Assembly (NCBI GenBank): GCA_034414335.1
Contig: DAOUMB010000004.1
Coordinates: 1-43,030, forward strand
DNA from: Dehalococcoidia bacterium
GTDB taxonomy: Bacteria; Chloroflexota; Dehalococcoidia; GIF9; AB-539-J10
Direction: 5' to 3'
DNA: 43,030 bases
The notes under the pieces: model-generated
Told to the model about the DNA's origin: nothing
Databases searched by the model: none
Seen by the model: the letters and a program-made list of their open reading frames with translations, nothing else
Shown: in pieces, positions 9,228 to 17,548 of the stretch
Numbering within the stretch: the stretch's first letter is position 1
Layout of the letters: each line of letters opens with the position of its first letter
Position numbers and translations under genes: made by a program

Positions 9228-10163
9228 TCATCTTTGGGGAGTAGATGAAAGCCTCTCATCAAATTCCATCAAGCTGAAATGGTATTCCTGCGTGCCATAA
9301 CATTCGACGGCGAAAGATGCGCACACGCTTCCCATTTTCGCACTCTGTTCTATATTGCTGCATTGAACCAGACCCTTAATCAATCCTGCCCTGTAGGCGT
9401 CACCGGCACCTGTTGGATCAAGCACTTTCTTTGGCTTGATAGCGGGGATGTCTATTTCACCATCTGGCGTATAGACATGGGAACCCAGTTCTCCCAATGT
9501 GACGATGATGTAATTGGTCAACCGAAGCAATTCCTTTTTATCTAACCGCGTCTTATCAATGACTAATTCCAGCTCGTAGTCGTTGGAAATCAAAATCTTA
9601 GAGCCTTCTATACATTTGGCAAGGTCTTGGCTGTCCCACATTGGTAGAGATTGACCGGGGTCAAAAATGTAGTCGATGCCTCTGGCCCTACACGTAACGG
9701 AGTAGTTCATCATATCTTCTAGGTTTCCCGGGGAAATGATAGCGATGCTTTCTTTGGGCTTGATCTTATCGAAGTTGAAGTAGGAGGGGTATTTCATAGC
9801 CCCAGGGTTGAACCCTGTGATCTGGTTGTCAGCTTGATCGGTTATGATGTAAGCGCTGGCAGTTAGTTCCTCTTCAATAATCGTGATATTGTCGTAATCT
9901 ATATTGTTTTTCATTAACCATTCGAAATATGTATGATAATCTCGCCCAATGGTAGCCAAGATTATTGGCTTTTCACCCAGAAGAGAGAGAGCATAGGCAA
10001 TGTTCCCGGCGGTGCCACCGAATTTCTCTATCATACTGTTGACGGTGAAGCTCACATTCAAAACATGTATTTTGTCTGGTAGGATATGATCAGAGAAGTA
10101 CCCCGGAAAGTCCAAAATCCTGTCATGCGCCAGCGAACCGGAAGTTAGAATATTCATTGACAT
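9228..10163 (-). CDS. PfkB-family carbohydrate/nucleoside kinase (adenosine-kinase-like)
   Basis: FGGTAGNIAYALSLLG near the N-terminus and the C-terminal PfkB signature DPTGAGDAYRAGLIKG. Confidence 0.85.
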   Translation of the reverse strand: MSMNILTSGSLAHDRILDFPGYFSDHILPDKIHVLNVSFTVNSMIEKFGGTAGNIAYALSLLGEKPIILATIGRDYHTYFEWLMKNNIDYDNITIIEEELTASAYIITDQADNQITGFNPGAMKYPSYFNFDKIKPKESIAIISPGNLEDMMNYSVTCRARGIDYIFDPGQSLPMWDSQDLAKCIEGSKILISNDYELELVIDKTRLDKKELLRLTNYIIVTLGELGSHVYTPDGEIDIPAIKPKKVLDPTGAGDAYRAGLIKGLVQCSNIEQSAKMGSVCASFAVECYGTQEYHFSLMEFDERLSSTPQR

Positions 10164-10164
10164 A

Positions 10165-10500
10165 TTAAAGCAACTCGAATTTTTGATTAGCCATGATATT
10201 CAGCCAATCGTCCGTGTTCAATTTTGTTGGTGTGAGAGCAGAGATTTCTGACTCGTCATAAACATAGTCTTTTTCGACTAAACAGACAGGCCAGCCTGGC
10301 ACTCCTGGGCCAAGTCCACAATTGTCATTTATTTCATAGGCAAAGAATCTCTCTTCGTTGCAGGAAATCCAGTATCTCTTGTTCTGATACTTTATTCCGA
10401 GCTTCTTATTTAGCCAGCCTTTACCGCGAAATACCTCAATAAACTTGAGTAACACATCACATGGACTCTTTTCTCGTAGACACCACTGGTCTCCGCTCAT
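10165..10500 (-). CDS. Hypothetical Cys/Trp-rich small protein
   Basis: 111-aa ORF whose stop lies 1 nt before the PfkB start, implying translational coupling. No motif recognised. Confidence 0.45.
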   Translation of the reverse strand: MSGDQWCLREKSPCDVLLKFIEVFRGKGWLNKKLGIKYQNKRYWISCNEERFFAYEINDNCGLGPGVPGWPVCLVEKDYVYDESEISALTPTKLNTDDWLNIMANQKFELL

Positions 10501-10680
10501 AAAGATGGAACCTCCAGGTCAATACTTTGGTGCACTGACTTGCCGCAACTAAAGGAATATGGTAGCACACTAACTGGCATTATAACATGTCTCTATCCCT
10601 GCACAATTTACTGTATTCAGAAGACCACGCCCCTTGCGATTATTTCCAAAATCTGCGGGAGAATCTCTTCTTGAAGCTAA

Positions 10681-10841
10681 GTGGAGCTGGGGTGACAATG
10701 GGCAGAACTTTCAGACTTGTCTTCGGTCTCACTTTCTAGTAGTTGGCAAAATCTACTTGGGGAGTTGAATAGTCAAAAGTACTGGGTAAGTGGTTGGTAA
10801 ACTAGACGCTATGCTATTTTATCCGGAGCCATCCGTGTCAT
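10681..10841 (+). repeat. Dispersed noncoding repeat, copy A (partner at 18536-18706, same orientation)
   Basis: Hand alignment: the first 82 nt match copy B at 76 positions, the centre is diverged with indels, and both copies end in the identical 19-mer ccggagccatccgtgtcat. Stops occur in every frame in at least one copy. Confidence 0.8.
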
Positions 10842-11191
10842 TTATTACATATGCTAGAACGGACTAATGTACGGTTAAGTAACAAAATAGGCTTCTGTTA
10901 CTTGCGGTGAACGCTATGGCTTTTTGATTATGATTCAAATCGTCTTCACCAATCACTCGGCTATCTTGCCACCATAGACTAAATTGAAAGACAACTTGCT
11001 GAAATATGTCGCCTAATGTTACTCATGTGAACAATCGTCACAACCGCTTGACAAAACGGATACTCAGTTAATACAATCAACTTCACCCGTTCTCGATAGA
11101 ATATGGCCTGAGATGTTTTCTCAGGCGTAAATTGTTCGAGGTGGTAAACGAGGTGTGGATACGGTGCGAGTGTTGTAGAGATGGCTTGGGA

Positions 11192-11224
11192 CTGCCGGCT
11201 GATGCGGGCAGTCGCTTTCTTTTC
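11192..11224 (+). terminator. Putative intrinsic terminator with no plus-strand gene upstream
   Basis: ctgccggc-tgat-gcgggcag forms an 8-bp stem with one mismatch and a 4-nt loop, followed by tcgctttcttttc. The nearest upstream genes are all on the minus strand. Confidence 0.45.
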
Positions 11225-11492
11225 AGCGCAATGGGGGGTGTGGTGAGAGCGAGTCTGTATGCTAAAGAGGGTATAAGAGTTGAAGGGGAGGATAGCAGTA
11301 GACCCAATCATAGGACTATCAAATTTTCCTGCGAAATCTCAGTAATAGATGAGTTTCTCCAAAAACTGCGTGAAATGGGGTGATAGCCTTATAAAAATAA
11401 AAGTTACAATGTGCTGGTGGTAATCAATATTTGGTGCTCCTTCTCCAGCAAAAAGAGATTTTGAAACGGCGGGAAAACAAGGAGGTGCAAAT

Positions 11493-12707
11493 ATGAAGAA
11501 CAGAATGATAAAGGGAAAATGGTTAGGGATTGTGGCGGTAGTATTGGTGCTACTGCTTTCCTTTGCTGCCTGTGCCCCTGCGGCAACCATAGAACAGAAA
11601 ACGGTGCAGATTGGACATATAGACCCTTACACTGGCGCCGGCAGTGTCTCGGTCCAATTAGTGGGCACGGGTTTGCAGGATTACGTTAAATATTTTAATG
11701 AACAGGGAGCCATCCCCGGGGTGAACATTGAGGTCGTGTGGGCAGATAGTATGCGTCAATTTTCCGAGTGGTATACCCACTACCAAAGGTTTGTCGAGCG
11801 TGGTATACCAATCATAGTTGCCGATGATACTCAGGGCCTAACTACGCCGGACTTCGAAAAGGACGATGTCGTTGCACTTGCAGCGGGTGGAACCCAGGAA
11901 GCAGCTTATCCACCCGATTGGCGCTATGAGGAGTCCCTAACTAACGTCGAGCAAGCTGCTGCTGTCATGGATTACTTTATGGAAAACTGGCAGGAGGAGA
12001 GGCCCCCAAGGTTCGCTTTTATACTCATGGATTCCTCGTGGGCGTATGAAGTGCAAGACGAAGGTACAAAATATGCTCAGAGCCTGGGCTTCGAAGTCTT
12101 ACCCGCAGAAACTGTCCCCTTTGTGGTCCTGGATGCTACCCCTCAGTTGCTAAGGCTAAAGGAGGAAGGAGCAGATCTCGTTTATATTCAAGGTCTTGCC
12201 CCGTCATCAGGGCCAATCATGAGAGATGCTGAGAGATTAGGACTTCTGGGTCAAATCCAATTCGCTGGTCATGCATCATCAATGGGAGAAAGGGTAATCG
12301 AGATGGCAGGGGTTGCTAGTGAAGGCTACATTATAGCAAGGGCATTCCCCTCGTTTGATGAGACAGAGGTCCCAGGTATAAAGATGATGCTAGACAACAT
12401 GATGGAATATCATGGAAAAGAGATGAGGGAGGATGAGTATATTCACGGTTGGGTAAGAGGGGTTATAGCATGTGAAGCTATAAAGAGAGCCATAGAGAAT
12501 GTAGGTTATGAGAACGTGGATGGTGCGGCAATAAAAGAGGCGTTGGACAGCTTCCAGGACTTCGATGTTTATGGGCTTTGTAGAATTACTTATACACCGG
12601 AAGACCATAGAGGAAATACCAAAATAGCAATATATCAGGTAAGAGACGGGAAGTTAGTTCGTGTGACTGATTGGCAGGAAGCTCCCATGCTCTTGCCTGA
12701 AGAGTAG
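11493..12707 (+). CDS. ABC transporter substrate-binding lipoprotein, branched-chain amino acid (LivK-like) family
   Basis: Signal/lipobox LLLSFAAC, then VQIGHIDPYTGAGS..., typical of type-1 periplasmic binding proteins. AAGGAGG ribosome-binding site. No permease or ATPase genes are adjacent. Confidence 0.75.
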   Translation: MKNRMIKGKWLGIVAVVLVLLLSFAACAPAATIEQKTVQIGHIDPYTGAGSVSVQLVGTGLQDYVKYFNEQGAIPGVNIEVVWADSMRQFSEWYTHYQRFVERGIPIIVADDTQGLTTPDFEKDDVVALAAGGTQEAAYPPDWRYEESLTNVEQAAAVMDYFMENWQEERPPRFAFILMDSSWAYEVQDEGTKYAQSLGFEVLPAETVPFVVLDATPQLLRLKEEGADLVYIQGLAPSSGPIMRDAERLGLLGQIQFAGHASSMGERVIEMAGVASEGYIIARAFPSFDETEVPGIKMMLDNMMEYHGKEMREDEYIHGWVRGVIACEAIKRAIENVGYENVDGAAIKEALDSFQDFDVYGLCRITYTPEDHRGNTKIAIYQVRDGKLVRVTDWQEAPMLLPEE

Positions 12708-12819
12708 TGGTAAGGCATAATTTGTAGGACTAGCGGGAATTCGTTATGGAAACCATGGCCCTAGAGGCACTACTCAAGATAGTAACATAATAAATAGCTA
12801 ATAGACGGAAAGGCTGAAG

Positions 12820-13031
12820 ATGTCGATGGGAGGCCAGGGTAACTGTTACGATAATGCGCCGATGGTGAGCCTCTAGGGAACGCTTCAGCGGGAGCTTATT
12901 CGTCATCCCGGGAAAGGACCAAACTGGCGTCTATAGGAGATATTACCGGTTATATTGAGATCTCCTATAACAGGCAGCGCCGGCAGGCAAAACCAAGCTT
13001 CCTACCACCGATGGTCTATAAGCAAAGATAA
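12820..13031 (+). pseudogene. IS3-family transposase (OrfB) C-terminal remnant
   Basis: Translation gives SMGGQGNCYDNAPMVSL*GTLQRELI, then in another frame DITGYIEISYNRQRRQAKPSFLPPMVYKQR*. These match the GxCYDNAxxES..LKxE and YIExxYNxxRxHS..SP motifs at the end of IS3 integrase-type transposases. It is interrupted by a stop, a frameshift and an internal deletion, and the whole N-terminal part is absent. Confidence 0.7.
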
Positions 13032-13116
13032 TATACAAGACCGCTGACAGCATGAAGAATTTGGCGTCCATTATTGACATCCCACCTCAAAGATCCGTGT
13101 CCAACTAAGGGCGCTG

Positions 13117-13125
13117 TGGTATAAT
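13117..13125 (+). promoter_or_regulatory. Extended -10 element (TGgTATAAT) about 170 nt upstream of etfA
   Basis: Exact TGNTATAAT at 13117-13125, just beyond the IS3 remnant. No good -35 element. Confidence 0.3.
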
Positions 13126-13293
13126 AAGAGCGACTGGGAGCATTCTCGCCACAATAGCGAATGGAGGTTAAGCCTACACCCAATTGATCAACAAAATCGA
13201 GACAGCGAAGGATGCGCGACTAACCTCCTGAAGGACTGTGACGTTTGGTTTTCCGGGCATTGCTGTCATGAACTCGCATCGGAGTATAGACAT

Positions 13294-14355
13294 ATGTTAG
13301 GAAAGGGAGCAGTCTGGGTCCTGGTGGAGCAAGTAGGAGGGGAACTACAGCGGGCCTCGGTAGAGCTGCTGGGAGGCGCTCGTGAGATTGCCAACAAACT
13401 CAACGCCGAACTTTGTGCGGTGCTGGCCGGTGCCAGTGTTGTGGGGCTAGTAGAGCCCCTGGCTCACCACGGGGCAGACAAAGTATATTTTCTGGAAAGC
13501 TCTTCGCAAGGTCCTTACGCAAACGAGACGTTAGCGGAGATTCTTATATCCTTGATTGAGGAGCAAGGTCCGATAATAGTTTTGCTCGCCGCCAACTCCA
13601 TGGGGCAGGATTTGGCTCCCAGGCTGTCTGCTGGCCTGAAAACCAGCTTGGTCTCTGATTGTACTCTTTTGGATGTTGGTGAGGATGGCCGTGTACTGCA
13701 AACGAAGCCTATCTACGGTGATAATGCATGGGCTACTATTATAAGCACGAGTTCGTTGTCTCAAATTGCAACGGTCAAACCAGGGACTATGAGAGCGAAA
13801 TCGCCGGACAGAACTCGAAAGGCTGAAGTGATTGTTGTTGCCTGCGACACACGTGAGCCTTGCGCCAGGGTGGTTGACTACATCCCTGCGGACCCTAAGA
13901 CAGTATCCCTTGAGGAAGCAGAGGTCATTGTTTCCTGTGGTCGAGGGGTAGGCAGCTTGGGTAATGTGCAGCTCATTGAAGAACTTGCAGAGGCCTTGAG
14001 CGGCTCGATAGCTGCTTCTCGTATGGCAGTCGATGACGGCCTGGTACCTTCGCAGAGGCTGATTGGTATGTCAGGTAAGACGGTTGCTCCCAGACTTTAT
14101 ATCGCCTGCGGCATATCTGGAGCGATACACCATACCATGGGAATGCGGAATTCAGATACCATAGTAGCCATCAACACTGACCGAAATGCCCCCATATTCC
14201 AGTTGGCCACAGTAGGTATCGTAGGGGACCTTCGAGAAGTTGTGCCGGCTATCACTAGAGAAATCAGGCGTGTTCCCAGAAATGATTCCAGGAGTGCTGA
14301 TAGAGCAGAAGAGATCTTGAGCGATTTTCGACAATCCTCCGGAGGTTATGCTTGA
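13294..14355 (+). CDS. etfA: Electron transfer flavoprotein, alpha subunit
   Basis: The C-terminal FAD-binding signature PRLYIACGISGAIHHTMGMRNSDTIVAINTDRNAPIF is diagnostic. Confidence 0.9.
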   Translation: MLGKGAVWVLVEQVGGELQRASVELLGGAREIANKLNAELCAVLAGASVVGLVEPLAHHGADKVYFLESSSQGPYANETLAEILISLIEEQGPIIVLLAANSMGQDLAPRLSAGLKTSLVSDCTLLDVGEDGRVLQTKPIYGDNAWATIISTSSLSQIATVKPGTMRAKSPDRTRKAEVIVVACDTREPCARVVDYIPADPKTVSLEEAEVIVSCGRGVGSLGNVQLIEELAEALSGSIAASRMAVDDGLVPSQRLIGMSGKTVAPRLYIACGISGAIHHTMGMRNSDTIVAINTDRNAPIFQLATVGIVGDLREVVPAITREIRRVPRNDSRSADRAEEILSDFRQSSGGYA

Positions 14356-15236
14356 ACGTAGTGGTTTGTATCAAGCAGGTGCCTGATACCGAGGGTGCAA
14401 TTGGAATAGACCGCATCAGGACTACTACCAAGAAGGGGAACTTGCCTCTGGTTGTGAATCCTTATGATTTGTTTGCCGTAGAGGAGGCTGTCCGGTTCAA
14501 GGAAAAGTCGGGTCCGAGTCAAGTCACTGTGGTGTCGATGGGGCCACCATCTGCTCAGGATGCTTTGCGCCATTGTCTTGCAATGGGCGCCGATAGGGGA
14601 TTAATACTCTGCGATGAATCCTTTGACGGCTCTGATAGCTATGCTACGGCCATAGCACTGGCTAAGGTGGTAGGTCAGCTTCAGGGCGACTTTGTTCTCT
14701 GCGGGCAGAAGGCGCTCGATACTGAGCGCGGGCAGGTTGGGGCGGTTATCGCGCGAAGTTTAGGCATACCCTTGGTCTCGGCTGTAGTCGGAATAGAATC
14801 CTGTGACGACGGGAAAAAGCTCCGGGTACAGCGCAAGCTAGACAAGGGAGCCAGGGAAATTGTAGAAGTCGCGCTACCGGTTTTGCTCACAGTAGAGATG
14901 GGTTCTACGAAGCCCAGACCTCTTCAGTTGCGCTCTGTCTTGGCTGCCAAAAAGAAGGTAATTGAAGAATACGACCTGAAGGCATTGGGCCTCAGTGCTG
15001 ACGAGATAGGACCACATGGTTCAAAAACAGAGGTCTTGTCCATCTCACCACCGAAGCCAAGGGCTGCGCTGCTGTTTCAGCCTGACCCTAGCCTCCCTGC
15101 AGCTAGGCAGCTAGGCTTGCTCATGACTGGAGGAGTCACTCAGAGAGAGAAAAAACTGCTAATAGGCGAGCCGGAGACCATTGCTGCCGAGCTGGTTGGC
15201 TTCCTCTGCGAGGAAGGACTGCTTCGCATTTCATAA
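14352..15236 (+). CDS. etfB: Electron transfer flavoprotein, beta subunit
   Basis: N-terminus MNVVVCIKQVPDTE plus VVSMGP and LCGQKALDTERGQVG. The TTG start overlaps the etfA stop (TTGA). Confidence 0.9.
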   Translation: MNVVVCIKQVPDTEGAIGIDRIRTTTKKGNLPLVVNPYDLFAVEEAVRFKEKSGPSQVTVVSMGPPSAQDALRHCLAMGADRGLILCDESFDGSDSYATAIALAKVVGQLQGDFVLCGQKALDTERGQVGAVIARSLGIPLVSAVVGIESCDDGKKLRVQRKLDKGAREIVEVALPVLLTVEMGSTKPRPLQLRSVLAAKKKVIEEYDLKALGLSADEIGPHGSKTEVLSISPPKPRAALLFQPDPSLPAARQLGLLMTGGVTQREKKLLIGEPETIAAELVGFLCEEGLLRIS

Positions 15237-17183
15237 CATCCTTCCCACCCGAGCCCCGTCGTAGACTGCCTCTTGAATGCGGCGCGGTGAAACGCAGTCT
15301 CCTACCTGATAAAGCTCCTTGCCCCAGCGTCCTTTAAGACTGTGATAAAGGGAGTTATCAGGAATCCCACCATAACAGAGCACCACAGAATCGACATCGG
15401 AAATCCTTCGCTCGTCTCCAGTTAGAACATTGTAAGTGACCACTGTTTTTCCCTCGACAGTCCGTAGTGCTGTGGACGGAGTGACTTTTCCACCGCTGTC
15501 ATAAAGCTTTTGTAGGGCTGTCCTCACTGTGCCGTCCTCAGCCTGCATCCCTGGGTGCAATTCTTCGTTTATCAGTTCCACCTCCTTCCCTCTATTAGCC
15601 AGGAAGATGGCACAACTGATGCCCTGCATATGATGCTCTCCGGCAACTACCATCACACGCTGGCCAAGCTCTGCCTTGTCCAAGAGGACATCACGGCATT
15701 CCACCACATTGGGTTGGTCAACTCCCGGTATGTTAGGCCTGGCAGGAAGTGAACCGGTAGCCAGTACGATAGCGTCAGGATTCAGCTCTTCGATCAGCTG
15801 GTAAGTAGCCTCGGTTTCAAGTCTGACATCAACGCCCAAAAGCTTCATCTGGTACGTGTAATAATGGGCAGGCTCTGCCAGCTCCTCTCTGCCCGGAGAC
15901 TTAGCGGCGATGATAGTCTGCCCTCCGAGTTCGGAGCTTTTCTCCAAAAGGATAACTTCATGGCCTCTCTCTCCGGCAACCCTGGCTGCCTCAAGTCCCG
16001 CCGGCCCACCTCCGACCACCACCACCCTTTTCTTGACCTCAGCAGGCTTAAGCTCACCCCACCTCCGCTCTCGGCCGGCCGTGGGGTTTATGGCACAAGT
16101 CATAAAAAATCGTTCTTCGCTTGCTCGCTGGAAGCAATCGCAGCAACCAATACAACGGCGGATTTCATCCGTCCTGCCCTCTCTGGCCTTTTTGGGCATC
16201 TCGGGGTCGCAGACAGTTGCTCTTGTCATTCCCACAACATCGGCTTGATTGTTAGCCAGAATCGTTTCAGCTAAGACCGGGTCATTAATCCTGCCTATAC
16301 AAAAAACGGGCAAATCAACAACCTCCTTGATGGCGGCAGCCAAGTAGACGGCGAACCCGGGAGGAAAATACATAGAGGGTACGGTGACTCGATAGGTTCT
16401 TGGCACGCCCAAGCTAACATTCAAGTAGTCCAGTTTCCCAGTCGCTGCCAGGACTTTGGCGACCTTTTTCATGTAGTCGATATCATATCCTCGATCCCAA
16501 AACTCGTGACCACTCACCCTTAGCCCAACGGTATAGTCCTGGCCAACATTTGCTCTCACAGAATCAATCAGCTCAAGGATGAATCTGCACCGGTTCTCAA
16601 GGGTTCCTCCATACTCATCTTCCCGTAAGTTATACAAGGGAGAAAGGAATTGTTGGGGTAGATAACCGTGGCCGCAGTGTAGCTCCACTCCATCAAGGCC
16701 AGCCTCCCGTGTCATGGCAGATGCATAAGCATAGGACTGGATAACGTCTCTTATTTCTTCAACCTCCATTGGGTGAGGCACCTGCCAGCTCAAGGGACTG
16801 GGCACCGAGGAGGCAGACCACGGGGGTACAGGGTCTGGCATCAGGTCAGCCGCGCCACCCATATGATCTAATTGTAAAGTCACCAAGGAACCATAGCCGT
16901 GAAGAATGTCAACAACCTGCTTGAATTTGGGCACGAAGTCGGGATGCTGAAAGGGCACTTGCCCACCTAACAGAAAGGAAGGGTGGACGCAATAGACTTG
17001 GGTTCCTATGATGCCAACACCTCCCCTGGCTCTGGCCTCCCAGTAAGCGAGTTGTCTTGAGGTAGGCAGACTCGTGCGGGGGTCATCAAGATTGGTGACA
17101 TGGCCGGTGGCTAGTATTCTGTTAGGGGCAACGATGTTTCCAATCTTGATAGAAGAAAAAAGATGTTTGAATTCCTCACTCAT
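15231..17183 (-). CDS. Old-yellow-enzyme / 2,4-dienoyl-CoA reductase-like FMN, Fe-S and FAD/NAD(P) oxidoreductase
   Basis: 650 aa. N-terminal OYE TIM barrel (GVELHCGHGYLPQQFLSP), a Cys cluster (CIGCCDCF...MTCAINP), then the Rossmann motif VVVVGGGPAGLEAA. Confidence 0.85.
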   Translation of the reverse strand: MSEEFKHLFSSIKIGNIVAPNRILATGHVTNLDDPRTSLPTSRQLAYWEARARGGVGIIGTQVYCVHPSFLLGGQVPFQHPDFVPKFKQVVDILHGYGSLVTLQLDHMGGAADLMPDPVPPWSASSVPSPLSWQVPHPMEVEEIRDVIQSYAYASAMTREAGLDGVELHCGHGYLPQQFLSPLYNLREDEYGGTLENRCRFILELIDSVRANVGQDYTVGLRVSGHEFWDRGYDIDYMKKVAKVLAATGKLDYLNVSLGVPRTYRVTVPSMYFPPGFAVYLAAAIKEVVDLPVFCIGRINDPVLAETILANNQADVVGMTRATVCDPEMPKKAREGRTDEIRRCIGCCDCFQRASEERFFMTCAINPTAGRERRWGELKPAEVKKRVVVVGGGPAGLEAARVAGERGHEVILLEKSSELGGQTIIAAKSPGREELAEPAHYYTYQMKLLGVDVRLETEATYQLIEELNPDAIVLATGSLPARPNIPGVDQPNVVECRDVLLDKAELGQRVMVVAGEHHMQGISCAIFLANRGKEVELINEELHPGMQAEDGTVRTALQKLYDSGGKVTPSTALRTVEGKTVVTYNVLTGDERRISDVDSVVLCYGGIPDNSLYHSLKGRWGKELYQVGDCVSPRRIQEAVYDGARVGRML

Positions 17184-17253
17184 CTTGCTCCTCCATGCGA
17201 GCTGTTCAAAAAACCTCCACGCCGCAGGCTAGTCACTGATTATTCCGGTACCT

Positions 17254-17283
17254 ATATTACCGTCCCTCACGAACCAACGTCAA
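17254..17283 (-). promoter_or_regulatory. Putative promoter (TTGACG, 18 nt, TAATAT) for the OYE-like gene
   Basis: Read on the minus strand. It lies about 70 nt upstream of the ATG at 17183, which has a GGAGGAG ribosome-binding site. Confidence 0.35.
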
Positions 17284-17286
17284 CTA

Positions 17287-17490
17287 TTACTCTGTATATC
17301 CCGGCATAGCCTCTTCGATGCGCTTGCTGTGGAGGTCATTCCAAAACTTCGGGAGTAGGAGTTCCGCCATTGAGATGGTGAAAAGGCGATACCATGGTGG
17401 TAGCGTTAGAAATTTCATAGTGATAAGCAGGTTATGGGCAATTACCACTATCTCCCTTCCTCCGTCAAAACGTGGCAATTCCTTTGCCAC
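17287..17490 (-). CDS. Hypothetical small protein (doubtful)
   Basis: 67-aa ORF between the EthD and OYE-like genes on the same strand. GTG start placed too close to a GGAGG. No motif recognised. Confidence 0.2.
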   Translation of the reverse strand: MAKELPRFDGGREIVVIAHNLLITMKFLTLPPWYRLFTISMAELLLPKFWNDLHSKRIEEAMPGYTE

Positions 17491-17548
17491 TCACCTCCAT
17501 AATTGATATTTATCATTCTCGACAGTGAGTTTTCTTCTGAAGTATATG

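Noticed and set aside
10688-10725. GGGGT... start of the repeat as a Tn3-family 38-bp terminal inverted repeat
   Set aside because: Only the first five bases resemble Tn3-type ends. There is no ...ACGCTAAG-type inner end, no inverted partner, and no transposase or resolvase.
10979-11383. Three mutually overlapping ORFs in the 1-kb spacer (10979..11311 and 11083..11307 on the minus strand, 11132..11383 on the plus strand)
   Set aside because: They have no ribosome-binding site or recognisable motif, they overlap each other, and a terminator hairpin lies inside them. They are treated as noncoding or possible decayed sequence.
11340-11492. T-box or other riboswitch leader upstream of the Liv-like binding-protein gene
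   Set aside because: There is no T-box consensus (..GGTGGTACCGCG..) or other recognisable riboswitch core, only a short leader with an AAGGAGG ribosome-binding site.
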